Shown: positions 36,625-50,040 of the stretch, one piece after another | Layout of the letters: each line of letters opens with the position of its first letter | Position numbering within the stretch: the first letter of the stretch is position 1 | The notes under the pieces: generated by a model | What the model saw: only the letters and a program-made list of their open reading frames with translations | Databases searched by the model: none | Told to the model about the DNA's origin: nothing | Assembly: GCF_006345805.1 (NCBI RefSeq) | Contig: NC_043003.1 | Span: 22,196,001-22,260,000 of the forward strand | Direction of reading: 5' to 3' | DNA from: Octopus sinensis | Lineage: Eukaryota | Length of the DNA stretch: 64,000 nucleotides | Program-made: the position numbers and the translations under genes

Positions 36625-36968
36625 ATAGGTGTGTGTGTGTATAGGTGTGTGTGTGTGTGTATGTATAGGTGTGTGTGTGTGTGTATGTATAGGTGTGTGT
36701 GTGTGTGTATGTGTGTATATATGTGTGTGTGTGTGTGTATGTATAGGTGTGTGTGTGTATGTATGTATAGGTGTGTGTGTGTATGTATGTATAGGTGTGT
36801 GTGTGTATATATGTATAGGTGTGTGTGTGTGTATATATGTATAGGTGTGTGTATGTGTGTGTATATATGTATAGGTGTGTGTATGTGTGTGTATATATGT
36901 ATAGGTGTGTGTATGTGTGTGTGTGTATATATGTATAGGTGTGTGTATGTGTGTGTATATATGTATAG

Positions 36969-37001
<33 letters not shown>

Positions 37002-37030
37002 TAGGTGTGTGTGTGTATGTGTGTATATAT
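36585..37030. repeat. (GT)n / ATGTATAGGT compound minisatellite
   Basis: Repeated atgtataggt(gt)n units. Confidence 0.95.
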
Positions 37031-38227
37031 ATAAAAACTACATGCACATGTATATATATGTGTGTGTATATAAAATGCACATTAGGTAAGGAAAAAAATA
37101 TTTGTGTGTGTGTGTTGGAAACAGCTTTTCTTTTATGCGTATCTTTGAATTTATTGAGCGGTTGTCTTGCTTTTATTTCTTTTATATTTTTTTGAACTAA
37201 AGATACTATTTACATATTCAACTGTCTGTGTAATTTCTCTCACCCACTCTTTCTGCCCACATCTTCTCTTTCTCTTTGTATGTCTGTATATCTATCTATC
37301 TATCTGTGTGTGTGTGTTATAGTTTATCCTCCTCTCTTTAGTTTGTCTTTTTTTCTGCCATTCTGTCTCTCTACCTTTTGTAAGTCTTTCTCTGTTCACT
37401 TCCTCTGTATGTTTAGTTACTGAAGACACACACAAACACTAACACACATAGGTTACCATTCACTCCAGAACTATTTACATAAAACCCAATTATCGAGTGT
37501 CACAAAGATCATTTATTTGAAAAAAAGAAAAAAAAAAAAAAACAACAAAAAAATAAATATAAAAAAAAAATTGATTAATATATTTAATGATCGGAATCAG
37601 AAAGCTGTTTCCTCAGTTTCTCTCATTACTCGCTGGCTATTACTCTCTACCCTTCTCCTCCTGTTTCTTGCACAGTTTTTTTGCACATTTGACATTTTTT
37701 AGATCCTGAGAACACAGACACCGACTTTGGGCGTATACTGGCTGTGATGACATATTTTATACCATTTCTATTGCTCTTTTGTTTATTTAAAAAAAAAATT
37801 TTTTATTATTCCCTCTCTGTGTGATAGGAATATCGAACCTGGCTATCTGCCATACAAACATCTGTAGAAAATTATTGATCAAGTAGTCGACTGTATACCC
37901 TTGTCTTCTTTTCTAGAGTTGATTAAATAAAATGCTCATCAAGTATTGGGGTGGACATTATCAACTGTTCTTCTTCCAAGTTTTCCATCTTGTACCTGGT
38001 AGAAAACATGGTGGATAATATGCTTGGTGATAGTTCTTCTGGCTCTTAATGTTTGGAGCTCAAATCTCATTGAGGTTAATTTTGCCTTTTATCCTTTGAA
38101 GGGAGATAAAATATAGCACCAGTCAAATAGTTGGGTTGATGTAATTAACTAACACCCACCCCTTTAAAATTGCTGGTTTTGTGCCAAAATATGAAACCCA
38201 CTATAATAATTATTATATTATTATTAG

Positions 38228-38481
38228 TGCCCCCTGACTGGCTCCTGTGCCGGTGACATGTAAACAGTACTATCTGAACATGATTGATACCAGGGTCCCT
38301 TGGCTGGCTCCTGTGCTGGCGGCATGTAAAAAGTACCTGCTACACTCTTGGAGTGGAAGGGCATCCAGCTTTAGAAACATTGCCAGATCAGATTGGAGCC
38401 TGGTGCAGCTGCTGCCTTTCCAGACCTCAGTCAAACCGTCCAACCCATGCCAGCATGGAAAACGGACGTTAAATGATGATG
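38228..38481 (+). mobile_element. RTE LINE 3' UTR copy within a SINE B cluster (about 38040-39050)
   Basis: Modules, GAAGGGCATCCAGC motif and GATGATG tail; flanked by B2 copies. Confidence 0.8.
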
Positions 38482-40045
38482 TAGTAAGTCTGTGAGCTGG
38501 CAGAATTGTTAGCATGCTGGGCAAAATGCTTAGCAGCATTTCATCTGTCTTTGTTCTGAGTTCAAATTCTGTTGTAGTCAACTTTGCCTTTCATCCTTAT
38601 AGGGTTGATAAAATAAGTACCAGTTGAACACAAGGGTTGATGTAATTGACTTGCCTCCTCCCAGGAACTGCTGGCCTTGTGCTAAAATTTGAAACCGTTA
38701 TTATTATTATTATTAAGTTGACAATCTTCCTTAATTGTTAGCAAGCTAGAAAAAATGCTTATGTTCTGAGTTCAACTTTGCCTTTCATCCTTTCGGGGTC
38801 GATAAAATAAGTATGAGTTGAGCACTGGGATCAATGTGATTGGCCTCTTCCCTTCCCTGAAATTACTGGCCTTGCGCCAAAATTTGAAACCATTATTATT
38901 GTCATTGTTGTTAAGACGGCAAGTTTGCAGAATTGTTAGAGCATCACTGAGAATGTCGTGCAGTATTTGTTCTAGCTGAGTTCAAATGTTCACAAGGTCA
39001 ACTTATCCACCTCCTCTTAAAATTTCTGGTCTTGTGCCTAAAATTAGAAACAGTTGATTATTATTTTTGATTAACATAATCAGTCGTGTACAGTCTGTAA
39101 TGGTATTGTCTTATGTTTAATTCTTTACTGTCTTAGCCTTAAATTTCTCTAAGTTTGATTAAGTCTGTGGCAAGGTGGGGGAGAGATGTCAGCAAAATAA
39201 GCTGTGAGATAATGTAAAGGGGCAGGTGGCCAATACAATTATAAAAAAAAAGAAAAAAGGGCCACGTGCCTTAGTCAAAACAAAACCTTGTATTGTCATA
39301 GTGTGTGAGTGTGTGTGAGTGTATCTTTGTGTACATGCATGTTTTTTCACTTAATCCTGTCATATATGTAAGGGTATTTGTTTAAAGCCCTTAGAGTGGG
39401 ATTAAGAAAGAGAAAGGGGATTTAGTTATACACATTGTTTTGCTTCCTGGTTAAAGTGCCCAAAATCATTTTGCTGGGCTTCTGTGACGAGTGGGAAAAA
39501 AATCATCCGAAGAGACCTTCGATAGCATCAGACTGGAAATATATTTGACCGTAATGTTTGCGTCAGTGTGGGATTCTATAAAATATATCCAGTGACCAAG
39601 TGATGGAAGATTTGGATAAAGAAATAACATACTGGAAGATAAGTATGTGGTTATTTTTTAACACCTGGTCATCCCTGATTGAGCAAACTTAGGATCAAAA
39701 GCATTCTTTGTCCATCCCATGTATTTAGCTGTATGTCTTTTAATATACTATCTAATGTAGCCTTTCCTTTTATAAAATACTAGGATGTGATTTCAGAGAG
39801 ATTAGGCTGTTATGTCTGACAGACTTCTACACAATTTCTGTCACTCAAGACATTGGTTGGCCTAGGGTTATAGTAGAAAGTACTTGCTTGAGATGCTGTG
39901 CAGTGGGACTGAACCCTGAAACTGCAAAGTTGTTAAGTGAACTACATGGCAAAGTTTATCTGAGCATAAGTTGAACTCGGAGCACATAGAACCATAGTAG
40001 ATTTGGTAGGTGAAAACCAGTAGTATCCTGTCACGTAAATGTATA

Positions 40046-40264
40046 CGAGGGGGTGTTGAAAAATTCCTGGCTTTAAGGGCATTGTGTAAGGCCTGGTTGG
40101 AGGCCCATCCTTCCGAATTCTTTTACAGGGCTTAGAAAAAAACTGAAGGACCACTGCAATAAGTATGTGAATCTGAGAAGGGAATATGTTGAATAAAATC
40201 ATAATTAACTGATCCTCCTGTATTTCATTTTACCCAAAACCAGGAACTTTTCAGCACCTCCTCA
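40046..40264 (+). mobile_element. mariner-derived MITE
   Basis: TA|CGAGGGGGTGTTGAAAAATTCCTGG...CCAGGAACTTTTCAGCACCTCCTCA|TA. Interior reads KKLKDHCNKYVNLRREYVE*, like a mariner C-terminus. Confidence 0.9.
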
Positions 40265-41438
40265 TATATATATGTTTATGTATAGTTATGTGTCTGTGTT
40301 TGTGAGGGTGAGTTTGTATTTCTCAAGTCTACAAACCTGTTCTGATTTGTAAATAATGGTTTTGTTAACTGTCATTTGCTTGCAATCCTCCACAAATGCA
40401 TGTCTGGACTGTTTGTTCTTCAAATAGTTGGAAAACTATTATCTCACTTGGAAAACAGGTGGAGGGGTTGGCATCAGGTAGGGCATCTAGCTTAGAAAAC
40501 TCTGCCTCAACATATTCTTGTCTGATCTATGCAAGCTTGGGAAAGGGGGCATTAAAACAATAACGACAAGTTTATCCACTCCATCTGGCGTTACATGGAA
40601 TTCAGGTCCTAACCACTTAGTTGTAATTAACTACACTGGTAATGCATGCAACTGTTATGGAAATTAAATTGGCAATTTTGCCTTGGGTTGTGTCCTGGTT
40701 TGTGTTTGATATGAATAGCTATAGGCAGAAAAAGTACGTTCTTGTTCTTTAGAGTTTCCAAATAGATATGAAACTAGTCAGGACAATCCCATGCTTTTCT
40801 GCTTACAGAGATATACAAACATCTGTTTACATTTGATTACATTTTAGCTGTTGTTGTTGTTGTTGTTTTTATTATCTTACTATATATATAGTTAGTCACA
40901 TTTACTATCTTTTAGTCTGTCTGTATGTTTGTCTGTCCATTTGCTTGTTTTCTGTGAGGGTGTGAAAGAAAAAAAAAAGTTTCATTTTCTGGTCTTTTAC
41001 CTTCGCACAAGAGGCTTTAATGTTACTAAGCATGAGATCATTTGGGTGAAGTATATTCTGGGCTTTTTCATTGAAATGCAGTCATATGTTGCAAAGTATT
41101 GATTTGTTAAAAAATCATCACCATTGTTGCCGTCAACAAACCAAGTCAAGACTAGAACAAAATAACAGCACACACACAGGAACTAACATTTAACAACAAT
41201 ATTCCTTTCAGAAAAGAAAAAAAAAACAAAAATAACCCTGTGGTTATTTTGATATTTTTTGATAAAAAAAAAAATGAAGAAAAGGCAGCTGTGCGTGTTT
41301 TTTTGTTATGGTTTAACGAGCAGTTTGAATGTGTGCATGTTTCTATAACTGTGTGGTCTGTTTGTAGTAATGTAGATTTATCTTAGTGTGCATGTGTGTT
41401 TACATATATGTATATATGCACTTACATATATGTATGCA

Positions 41439-41479
<41 letters not shown>

Positions 41480-42668
41480 GTATAAATGTGTATGTATGCA
41501 TTTATTTATATATGTGTATATGTAGATATGTATGCGTATATATATATATACATACACACACACACACACACACTTATAGATGATATGTTAAGTTTGTGAA
41601 TGGATGGTTGCCTCTAAAGAAATACTGGTTCAATACCTAGTATTTTTAGGGAATGAAATTCCCTTAAAATAATAGGTATATATAAAGCATATAGTTTATA
41701 TCTATTTAAAAGAAGAAAAGAAAATTGAGATTAGGAATGTTAATAATTGTTTATTATTAACAACAAATTGGTCATCTTTGCTTCTTACAGCTGTTTCAAT
41801 TCATTTCAGCAGACTGAAATTGAAAGAAATTGTTTTTGTTTCCTTTTTCAGTTAGATGAGAAAACTGTACTCATAACCCTTTATAGGGCCTCCATAATTA
41901 GTGGGAAGGAAGAAAGAAAGTTATCCTCAAACCAGAGACCTAGTCTCACTGTTTGAAATGGAGTGGGCTTTGCTAAAGTAATTCCATGGCAAAGTATTAA
42001 ACCCACGTCCACTAAAGTTCAGGCCTTGAGACAATATTGAACACAAATGTCAATATAATTGACAAGCTCCCTCTTCCAAAATTTCAGGCTTTTTTACATA
42101 TCTGAATTTTTAGCACGCTGAACAAAATGCTTTGTAGCATTTCATCTATGTTCATGTTCTAAGTTCAAAGTCTGTTGAGGTCAGCTTCCACCCACTACAC
42201 TCTCGGAGAGGTTGGCATTAGGAAGGGCATCCAGCTGTAGAAACACTGCCAGATCTGACTGGCCTGGTGCAGCCTTCGGGCTCCCCAGACCCCAGTTGAA
42301 CCGTCCAACACATGCTAGCATGGAAAGCGGACGTTAAATGATGATGATGATGAAGTAAGTACAAGATGAACACTGGAGCAGATGTAATCCAGTAGTCCAC
42401 TACCCCTAAATTTCAGGTATTGTGCTCATGATAGACCGAATTACTGGAAATATTCTTCAGTTAAGGTACTGTCTGTTGATTTCTGTTAGGTAAAAACACT
42501 TTAAGTAATGGGAAACTATTTAACTTTATAGACTAATAAATATTTACTCCTCTTGAATTACTGAGTACTTGTTATTTTGTTAATATAATTACTTTGTAAA
42601 TATATATATATATATATACATCTAGATATGTAAATAGTATGTATATATGACTGAACATAGACTTAACT

Positions 42669-42701
<33 letters not shown>

Positions 42702-43493
42702 AATGAGTATATATATTTGTAAATAGTATTTATATATTCTGTATGTCTTTGTGTGTGTGTGTATATATATATATATTTGTAAATGGTATTTATATATTTG
42801 TAAATGGTATTTATATATTTTGTATGTCTTTGTTTGTATGGGTATATATATATATATATATATATATGACATCTCATTGTATATGTCTGATTTAGCTAAA
42901 ATCTCAATGACCGAAATCTTTAAACAAGCACAACCAGATTTTTGCACCAATGTTTCTTTGTAGGTTAGTGAAAAATAACTTTACAGGTTTGACAAGTTGA
43001 CCAAAATTATTCCAAATCCCTTGACATTATCAAAGTAATTAAGACAGCAAATACTAAAGACTTTTCTTTCTCTCTCTAATTAAATACAAAGTGCATTAAT
43101 GAGAAAAACAAAAAAAAAACAAACAAGCAAAAATTACAAAAATTCCTATACAGCAGCTGTAACTTGATTTGTATTGAAATATTTCGCATAGGCATAGCTA
43201 GCTCACTTTGCAACTATGGAATTTCAGGTTCAATCCCACTGCATGACACCCTGAGCAAGTATATTCAGCTGTAGCCTTAGGCCAACCAAATCCTTGTGAG
43301 AGAATACGGGAGACAGAAAGTGTGTAGAAGCTTGTGATATATGTGTGGTTGTGTTTGTTTCTCACCATCCCTTGACAACAGGTGTTAGTTTGTTTATGTA
43401 TCTGATACTTGGTGGTCCAGCAAAAGTCATGAGTTGAATATCAGACTTACAAAAACAGAACAGTATTAGGGTTGATTTGTGCAATTAAACATA

Positions 43494-43893
43494 TCTCTCT
43501 CTCTATATATATAAAGCTGAAGTTGTCTGTGTATGGCAGGTTTGGTAGCCTTCAACTAACACTATCTCCTCCGAGACCCTGCAGCGCAAGTTGACCAAAA
43601 TTGAGAGTATGATAGAAGAAGGCTTTGCTCTTCCTCCGTAGAAGAAAAAAAATTCAAATCAGACCATGTTAACACCAAAAATTATTTACATCAAAAAGGT
43701 GCTTTTTTTTCTATGAAAATCCCTATTTTTTACAATTTTTTGACTGCTGTTTTGCCATTTTCAGTGTATTTCTACCAGAAAAATGTTCACTTAAAGAGAA
43801 TAACAAGTTACATAATGCAAAATTTTTGCTTTTCAAAAATTCCAATTCTAAAGGGTCGAAACACACCCGAGCAACGCTGGACGATACTGCTAG
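43494..43893 (+). mobile_element. Non-autonomous Helitron
   Basis: 5' A|TC..TCTATATATATAAAG, subterminal hairpin remnant CCCGAGCAACGCTGG, 3' CTAG|T. No TSD. Confidence 0.85.
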
Positions 43894-43945
43894 TGTGTGT
43901 GTTTGTATGTATGTATGTATGTATGTATGTATGTATGTATGTATG

Positions 43946-43983
<38 letters not shown>

Positions 43984-44110
43984 TAAATTAAATTAGAGAT
44001 AAAACCACTATTAGGCAAATCATACAATGAAAAACTTAAGCCAATACATAAAATTATTTAATTTATCTTATTTAAATATATAACAAAATTATTAAAAAAT
44101 ATAATTAATA

Positions 44111-44180
44111 TAACACTACGATCGTTTCATGGCTGTTAATTTCTTTAAATTTTCGAGTTAGTCATTCATCAGGTGGTTTA
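44111..44180 (-). ncRNA. Type I minimal hammerhead ribozyme, Penelope-type, intact core
   Basis: Minus strand CAC-CTGATGA-ATGACT(25 nt)AGCCAT-GAAAC-GATC-GTA-GTG: core CUGAUGA/GAAA, stem III AC/GU closing palindromic GAUC, GUA triplet, stem I CAC/GUG. Confidence 0.75.
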
Positions 44181-44360
44181 AATATTTAACTTGGCGAGGT
44201 TTAATCAATGATATAGGATAAAGGGGTACATTAATGCAATATTTTATACATATTTATACGCAGGCACACAGACAGACACATAGACATAAAGGTCTGAGAA
44301 AGGTAAAAAGATGGGGTATTTCCAATGTAGCACTCAGCTCTAGTGTAAGACTGTCTACAC

Positions 44361-45565
44361 CAGTGTTTCCCAAACTTTTTGCGCCAAATTGCAATATTGC
44401 CTACATATCAGCCAAAAAATGCTCCATCGCCCACCTGTGTAAAAAAAAAAAAAAAAGAAAAACCCTGACACAACCGCCCCCAAACACAAAATATTTAGGC
44501 CCCCCTCCATGTATCATTTGACACACACAATATCGTAGACTCATTGCCCTGTTAGTGTCATTTGGACTAAATATGCAGTTGTTTACAAATCCCTTATTGT
44601 GGGTTTAGTTTTGTCATTAGTGTGAATAAAATTCTAATGTTAACTTTATATTATGCAGACAGATTAACCTCTGGAAACTTGCACTTTCTTTTACACTCGT
44701 TTTAATTTTCCCCAAATGAACCATTGATCAGAACTACCAGTGCAAAAATAATTTTTGCCACTAAATGCTGCCGGTGTGCCAAGCAATGAACAGTTGGTAT
44801 CTCGTGGGAAATTTCACACTTTCGGAGATATGAGAAACCTCTGTATCTTCCTATCATCGAAGGGGCTCCATCAGATGCACAGGCAAGAATATTACTGAAT
44901 GGGATATTATGTTCAAAAAGGAAAGACTTGAGACTGTGCAAAATAGTTGCACCTTTTGAATCAAGTGGCAATTTCTCTGTGAACAGCATTTCCTCTCAAG
45001 GTTGAAAGTCTATACTGAAATACCAAACATATACCATCATCATACATTGATTGTCCACAATAGTTGACTCATCCACTTGTATAGAAAATTCAGAATGCTG
45101 GAGAATATTAATGAGCTGATGTTTGACATTGTTGGCCATTTCATTGATGCATCAAGAAATTGTATTATTATTAAGTGGAATCTTCATGTTATCGGGCTTT
45201 TCGTGCATAATGGATGACAAAACCGCTTCAATAACTGGGCCAAGTAATGTTTCTCCAATTGTGTGAGACTTCCCAGACTTAGCAATAAGCAGTGCAGTGT
45301 CATACAATGCAATCAACCCATCATTCTCCTGTTTGCTAGTTTCCAGGAGTAGTGTGTTGAATGTTTGTATTTACTTTTTAGAAGAGGAGCTCAGTTGCAA
45401 AAAGTATGATAACGGCTTGTCCTTCTTGTCAGAATGCTTTGCATCAATGTGGTACTTCAAGCGTGAAGTTTCATTGCTTTGTTGATCAGTGTTTGATGGC
45501 ATATAAGACACATTGGTAACTGACAGTTCTGAAGAGAGAGAATAGATCCAAACTTTAATCACTAC
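44361..45565 (-). mobile_element. Decayed hAT (Charlie/Buster-like) transposon
   Basis: TIR CAGTGTTTCCCAAAC preceded by GTCTACAC. Translation includes IAKSGKSHTIGETLL..IPLNNNTIS*CINEMA..FSIQVDEST and ACASDGAPSMIG..VHCLAHRQHLVAK, with stops. The second TIR was not found. Confidence 0.92.
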
Positions 45566-46384
45566 TGTACTGTTGACAAATTTTCTTGTGTAGAAAATCC
45601 AGGTTTCGCATCAATAAAACCAACACGTGGGCCTATAATCCAAATAAAGTCAAAGAAAGAACTTATCACCTCTTTAACAACCAGTTACAGTTTTTTCTGT
45701 ATCACTCTGTTTTAACACCAATGCATGTAAAAGTTCAGTGTGAAAAGCTACTTAATATTTGTGGTTTTAAACACTGGAGTGGCACTTCATCAAACTTGCA
45801 TCAAAAGGTGCAAGTCTGATGAAGTGCTACTCTAGTGATTATAACTGCAGATATTACTTAATTTTTCACATGGAACTTTAGCATGCAATGGCATTAAAAA
45901 CAGTGATACAGAAACAATTCTAACTGATCATTAAAGACATGCTAAACTCTTTCTTTGTCTTCTTATTTGGATTTTATATATATATGTATATATGTGTATG
46001 TATAAAAGACGCATGGCTCAGTGGTTAGTGTTGGGCAGTGAGTTAGTGAGTTGAGTTCCTAGACTAGGCTGTGTGGTGTAGAGAGGAGAGGTTAGTATGG
46101 GCAACTGCAGGTCTTCCATAAACAACCTTGCTCAGATTTGTGCCTTGGAGAGGAACTTTCTAGGTTCAATCCCATGGTCATTCATGACCAAAGGAGGTCT
46201 TTTGCCCTCATATACAGGAATAGATTTTTACATATGTTTACACATGTAAACGAGAAAATGGTGATAGCATTGTCGAATTTTAGGTCTTGAATAAATGAAA
46301 ACATACACACAGGCACACTTACATAAACATGAAGCCATGTGCATGCACACCCACCCATGCTGGTGTTGATTCAGTTAAGTTCCA

Positions 46385-46418
<34 letters not shown>

Positions 46419-46719
46419 ACTGTGTGTATGAAAATTTTGGCTTTGTTCCTAAATAGGAAAGCAATATTTTGACTTGGTATTCTTTTACCATCTTACCATT
46501 TTGATGCCTAAGAGCACCAATAAGACCATCAACAAAAAAGATTTGCTTCTTCAGCTTGCTCTTGTCGTCTTCCACATCTCTTACTGTTATGAAATCAGTC
46601 AGTGCCTGCAGTCAATTTCTACACTTAGCATGATGTTATGTTGTGTTATTGTTGGCTTAAAACATGTCAGTTGATTCTTCTACTTCACTTTTGATACACA
46701 CACATGTATGTATGTGTAC

Positions 46720-46762
<43 letters not shown>

Positions 46763-46782
<20 letters not shown>

Positions 46783-46945
46783 TTACATACGCATCTTTGT
46801 GTGTGTGTATATACATATACACACACACTTACATACGCATCTTTGTGTGTGTGTATATACATATACACACACACTTACATACGCATCTTTGTGTGTGTGT
46901 ATATACATATACACACACACTTACATATGCATCTGTGTGTGTGTG
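46763..46945. repeat. 46-bp minisatellite, about 4 copies
   Basis: TTACATACGCATCTTTG recurs at 46783, 46829, 46875 and 46921. Confidence 0.95.
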
Positions 46946-47094
46946 TGTGTGTATATATATACACACACACACACACATATATATATACTAGGTGTGCCAA
47001 GTAACTGAGAACACAACAAAATAAGTAGAAAAGAAAGGACCACATACTCCCAGAAAAATAGCACGTTCAATGAGATACATTAGAGAAACATCAT

Positions 47095-47700
47095 TCATTG
47101 AAACACACTTTAGCCTGATTGAGGACCTCATTGTGACTATGAGATGACCGTTTGCCAAAATCAGGTGGTAATTCTTACCCTGCCATCAACTTCGCCCATG
47201 ATGGCAGCTCGCTATGAGGCCTTGGTATTGTGGGGTTGTTAGTGGGTTCTAACCACTGGATGGTACTGTAGATGTAACAGTCCAGTGTGTTCCAATCGGG
47301 AGGACTTGATAGTTATGTTGGAAGTCACATGATTGTGAAAATTCTTGGCCAGCCACTCTTAGATTGTGAGGGCCATGAGAGACCGGGCAGAGTCTCAGTG
47401 ACTGGAATATTAATCCTTCTGCTAAAGAGCCAACCTCCTTGATCAAGGACTTGATTAATGTGCTGCTGTCTCCAGCATCTCATTGAATGTGGTAACATGA
47501 CAATGGGGCATTGTTAGAAGTGCTGTGGCATGACCTGGTCCTTGTCAATCACAACCCTCAGGATCATCAGAGAGGAAGGGACTTGGTGTGAATCGGTATG
47601 GATACTTCTATGAGCTGTACTGTTTATTATGCCCAGTCTGATGTAGGGAATTGACATATAACAATTTTCCAGACTCCAAACTGGGATGTTGTCACTACTG
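47095..47700 (-). mobile_element. Decayed DD37D (maT-like) transposase
   Basis: Fragments PSSLMILRVVIDKDQVMPQHF..DSARSLMALTI*EWLAKNFHNHVTSN..DWNTLDCYI. The element probably extends further on both sides. Confidence 0.8.
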
Positions 47701-49540
47701 TACTTATTCATTGGTTACAAACATTCTCGGCAAAAATCTGTCTCTTACATGATGTTGGCCTTCAGATTTGTACAAATTGAATTTGGACTTGTTCAACTAT
47801 AAGATTCTTGACCAGACAAACGATATCCAAATATTATGCTCCTGAGTAAACTGAATGCATTCACATCCATTTTTAGAGAAATGTGGTTTTCTTTATTTCT
47901 ATGTAAAATGTACCCCACCAGCCCAAATAGCTTAAGTTGATTTTTGAAGGTAGTTGACACTAATCTGCATGGGGTGTTTTTGTTGAATGTCATCCAAAAT
48001 GTTAATTTCCAATCATTTTCCTGTTTTCCATCTGTTAAGTGAATGTATCATACTATCCGTTTAGTAGTTATTTGCAATTTCTCTGATCCAGGACAGTCAG
48101 GATAACCACCATCGCATGGTGAACGGCAGCTACTGACTAACCGATTTCAATAGTTGTGGCTTGAAGTTAGAATAATTCTCAATTGCATATCTGGTGACAA
48201 ACTTTTTTGTTTACACATCACAACAGATTTTAAGAGGATATAATCAAACAGTTACTAATAGCTTATCTTACAGTAATGATATTGAAGTGGAAATAATTTT
48301 TTCAGAAATGTTCATGAATCGACTGATGTTTGTTATTACTTTATTAATGCTGCCATTAAACTACATTGTACTAACCAAAATGTTCATGTTTATATTCAAC
48401 ATTTTTTTCAAAAGAGTTTTATTTCTGTTCATTTATAATTTGAATTATAAGTGGTTAAATAAACTGAAAATAAAGTTTAAACATCAGTACATGAAGTTCA
48501 TGTGTGTGTGTGTTTTCTTATCAGAACAATCCGAGTGAATTTTCTGAGCTGCCGTACCTTTGTAATCACCATAAGAACCCCTTCAACTCTTTCTGAATCC
48601 TCTGCACTGTCCTCAGATTGACACCCAAACTGCAATTTTCGTATTAGAGCTTCCAGCATGAATGCAAGCAGTACAGCATGTCATTTCCTAATTTCTGGAA
48701 GGGAATTGCATCATGGTGCTGTTTTTTCTCACGGATGGTGCCCAGCTGACCCTACTATACTGTGTAGTTGCCAAAATCAAAAACCAACGATGTGCATGCA
48801 CAAAATAAAAAATAAAAAATAGCAACAATTTACCCATTGTACCCTGTTGTTGTTTTAGCTGTAAGTCTGATCTTAGCAAGTAGACTTATATCAATGATGT
48901 TCCAGCCATGACTATCCCTTTTTACTATATTATCCAGTATTATATTTTAAAATAAGATATTAGAGTTTGTTTTGAAGGAGACTTAGCTGTAATTTGCACC
49001 AAATTGATTGACAACATTAAGGCTCTTTTATTGGCAAAGATGAAGTGCCAACCACCGGATGCCAAAACCAGGATCTTTAGATCTGCAATCTAATACTCTC
49101 AATTGAGCTGTTTTGCTTAGATTTACACACACATGTGTGTATGTAGAGCCATATACATATCTGTATATGGCTAATGACATAGTATATCTAAAAGAAAATG
49201 TGGAATTTCTGGAATTTTCTCGTTTGCATATAAAACTTGATTTAAATTGGTATAATATTACATATAATGTACACACACACATACACACAATGTATATTAT
49301 ATATGTGTGTAATGAAATAGTATAAACTTTATTTCACTACTAGATGGTGTTACTCAATACACACCCTCAGTGTATGAAAGCTTATACTGTTTTGTAAACA
49401 GTTCTACCAATCTGTTCATTGTGGAATGATGTCTGCTGTGGGCCCCACTTGGTTTGAATCATTATATTTCATATACAGTATTGATATCTCAAATAAGTTG
49501 TGTTTAAACTGTAAGTTCTACACTGATTGAAAAAAGTTCA

Positions 49541-50040
49541 GTTCTTTTTGGCTGTTTCATACATGTGTGTGGTTCTTTTTGGCTGTTTCATACATGTGTG
49601 TGTGGTTCTTTTTGGCTGCTTCATACATGTGTGTGGTTCTTTTTGGCTGCTTCATACATGTGTGTGGTTCTTTTTGGCTGTTTCATACATGTGTGAGGTT
49701 CTTTTTGGCTGTTTCATACATGTGTGTGGTTCTTTTTGGCTGTTTCATACATGTGTGTGGTTCTTTTTGGCTGCTTCATACATGTGTGTGGTTCTTTTTG
49801 GCTGTTTCATACATGTGTGAGGTTCTTTTTGGCTGTTTCATACATGTGTGAGGTTCTTTTTGGCTGCTTCATACATGTGTGTGGTTGTTTTTGGCTGCTT
49901 CATACATGTGTGAGGTTCTTTTTGGCTGTTTCATACATGTGTGTGGTTCTTTTTGGCTGTTTCATACATGTGTGAGGTTCTTTTTGGCTGTTTCATACAT
50001 GTGTGTGGTTGTTTTTGGCTGCTTCATACATGTGTGTGGT
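49541..50040. repeat. 31-bp minisatellite, about 16 copies
   Basis: Unit GTTCTTTTTGGCTG(T/C)TTCATACATGTGTG(T/A)G. Confidence 0.97.

Noticed and set aside
36562-37195. His/Thr- and Cys/Val-rich ORFs here and at other (CA)/(TA) runs
   Set aside because: Dinucleotide microsatellite translations.
45763-45776. Possible second TIR of the hAT element (GGTTTTAAACACTG)
   Set aside because: Only 8 terminal bases match, and the flank does not reproduce the GTCTACAC target site.
49541-50040. Regular 31-bp array superficially like CRISPR
   Set aside because: Units are contiguous with no unique spacers, there are no cas genes, and the context is eukaryotic.
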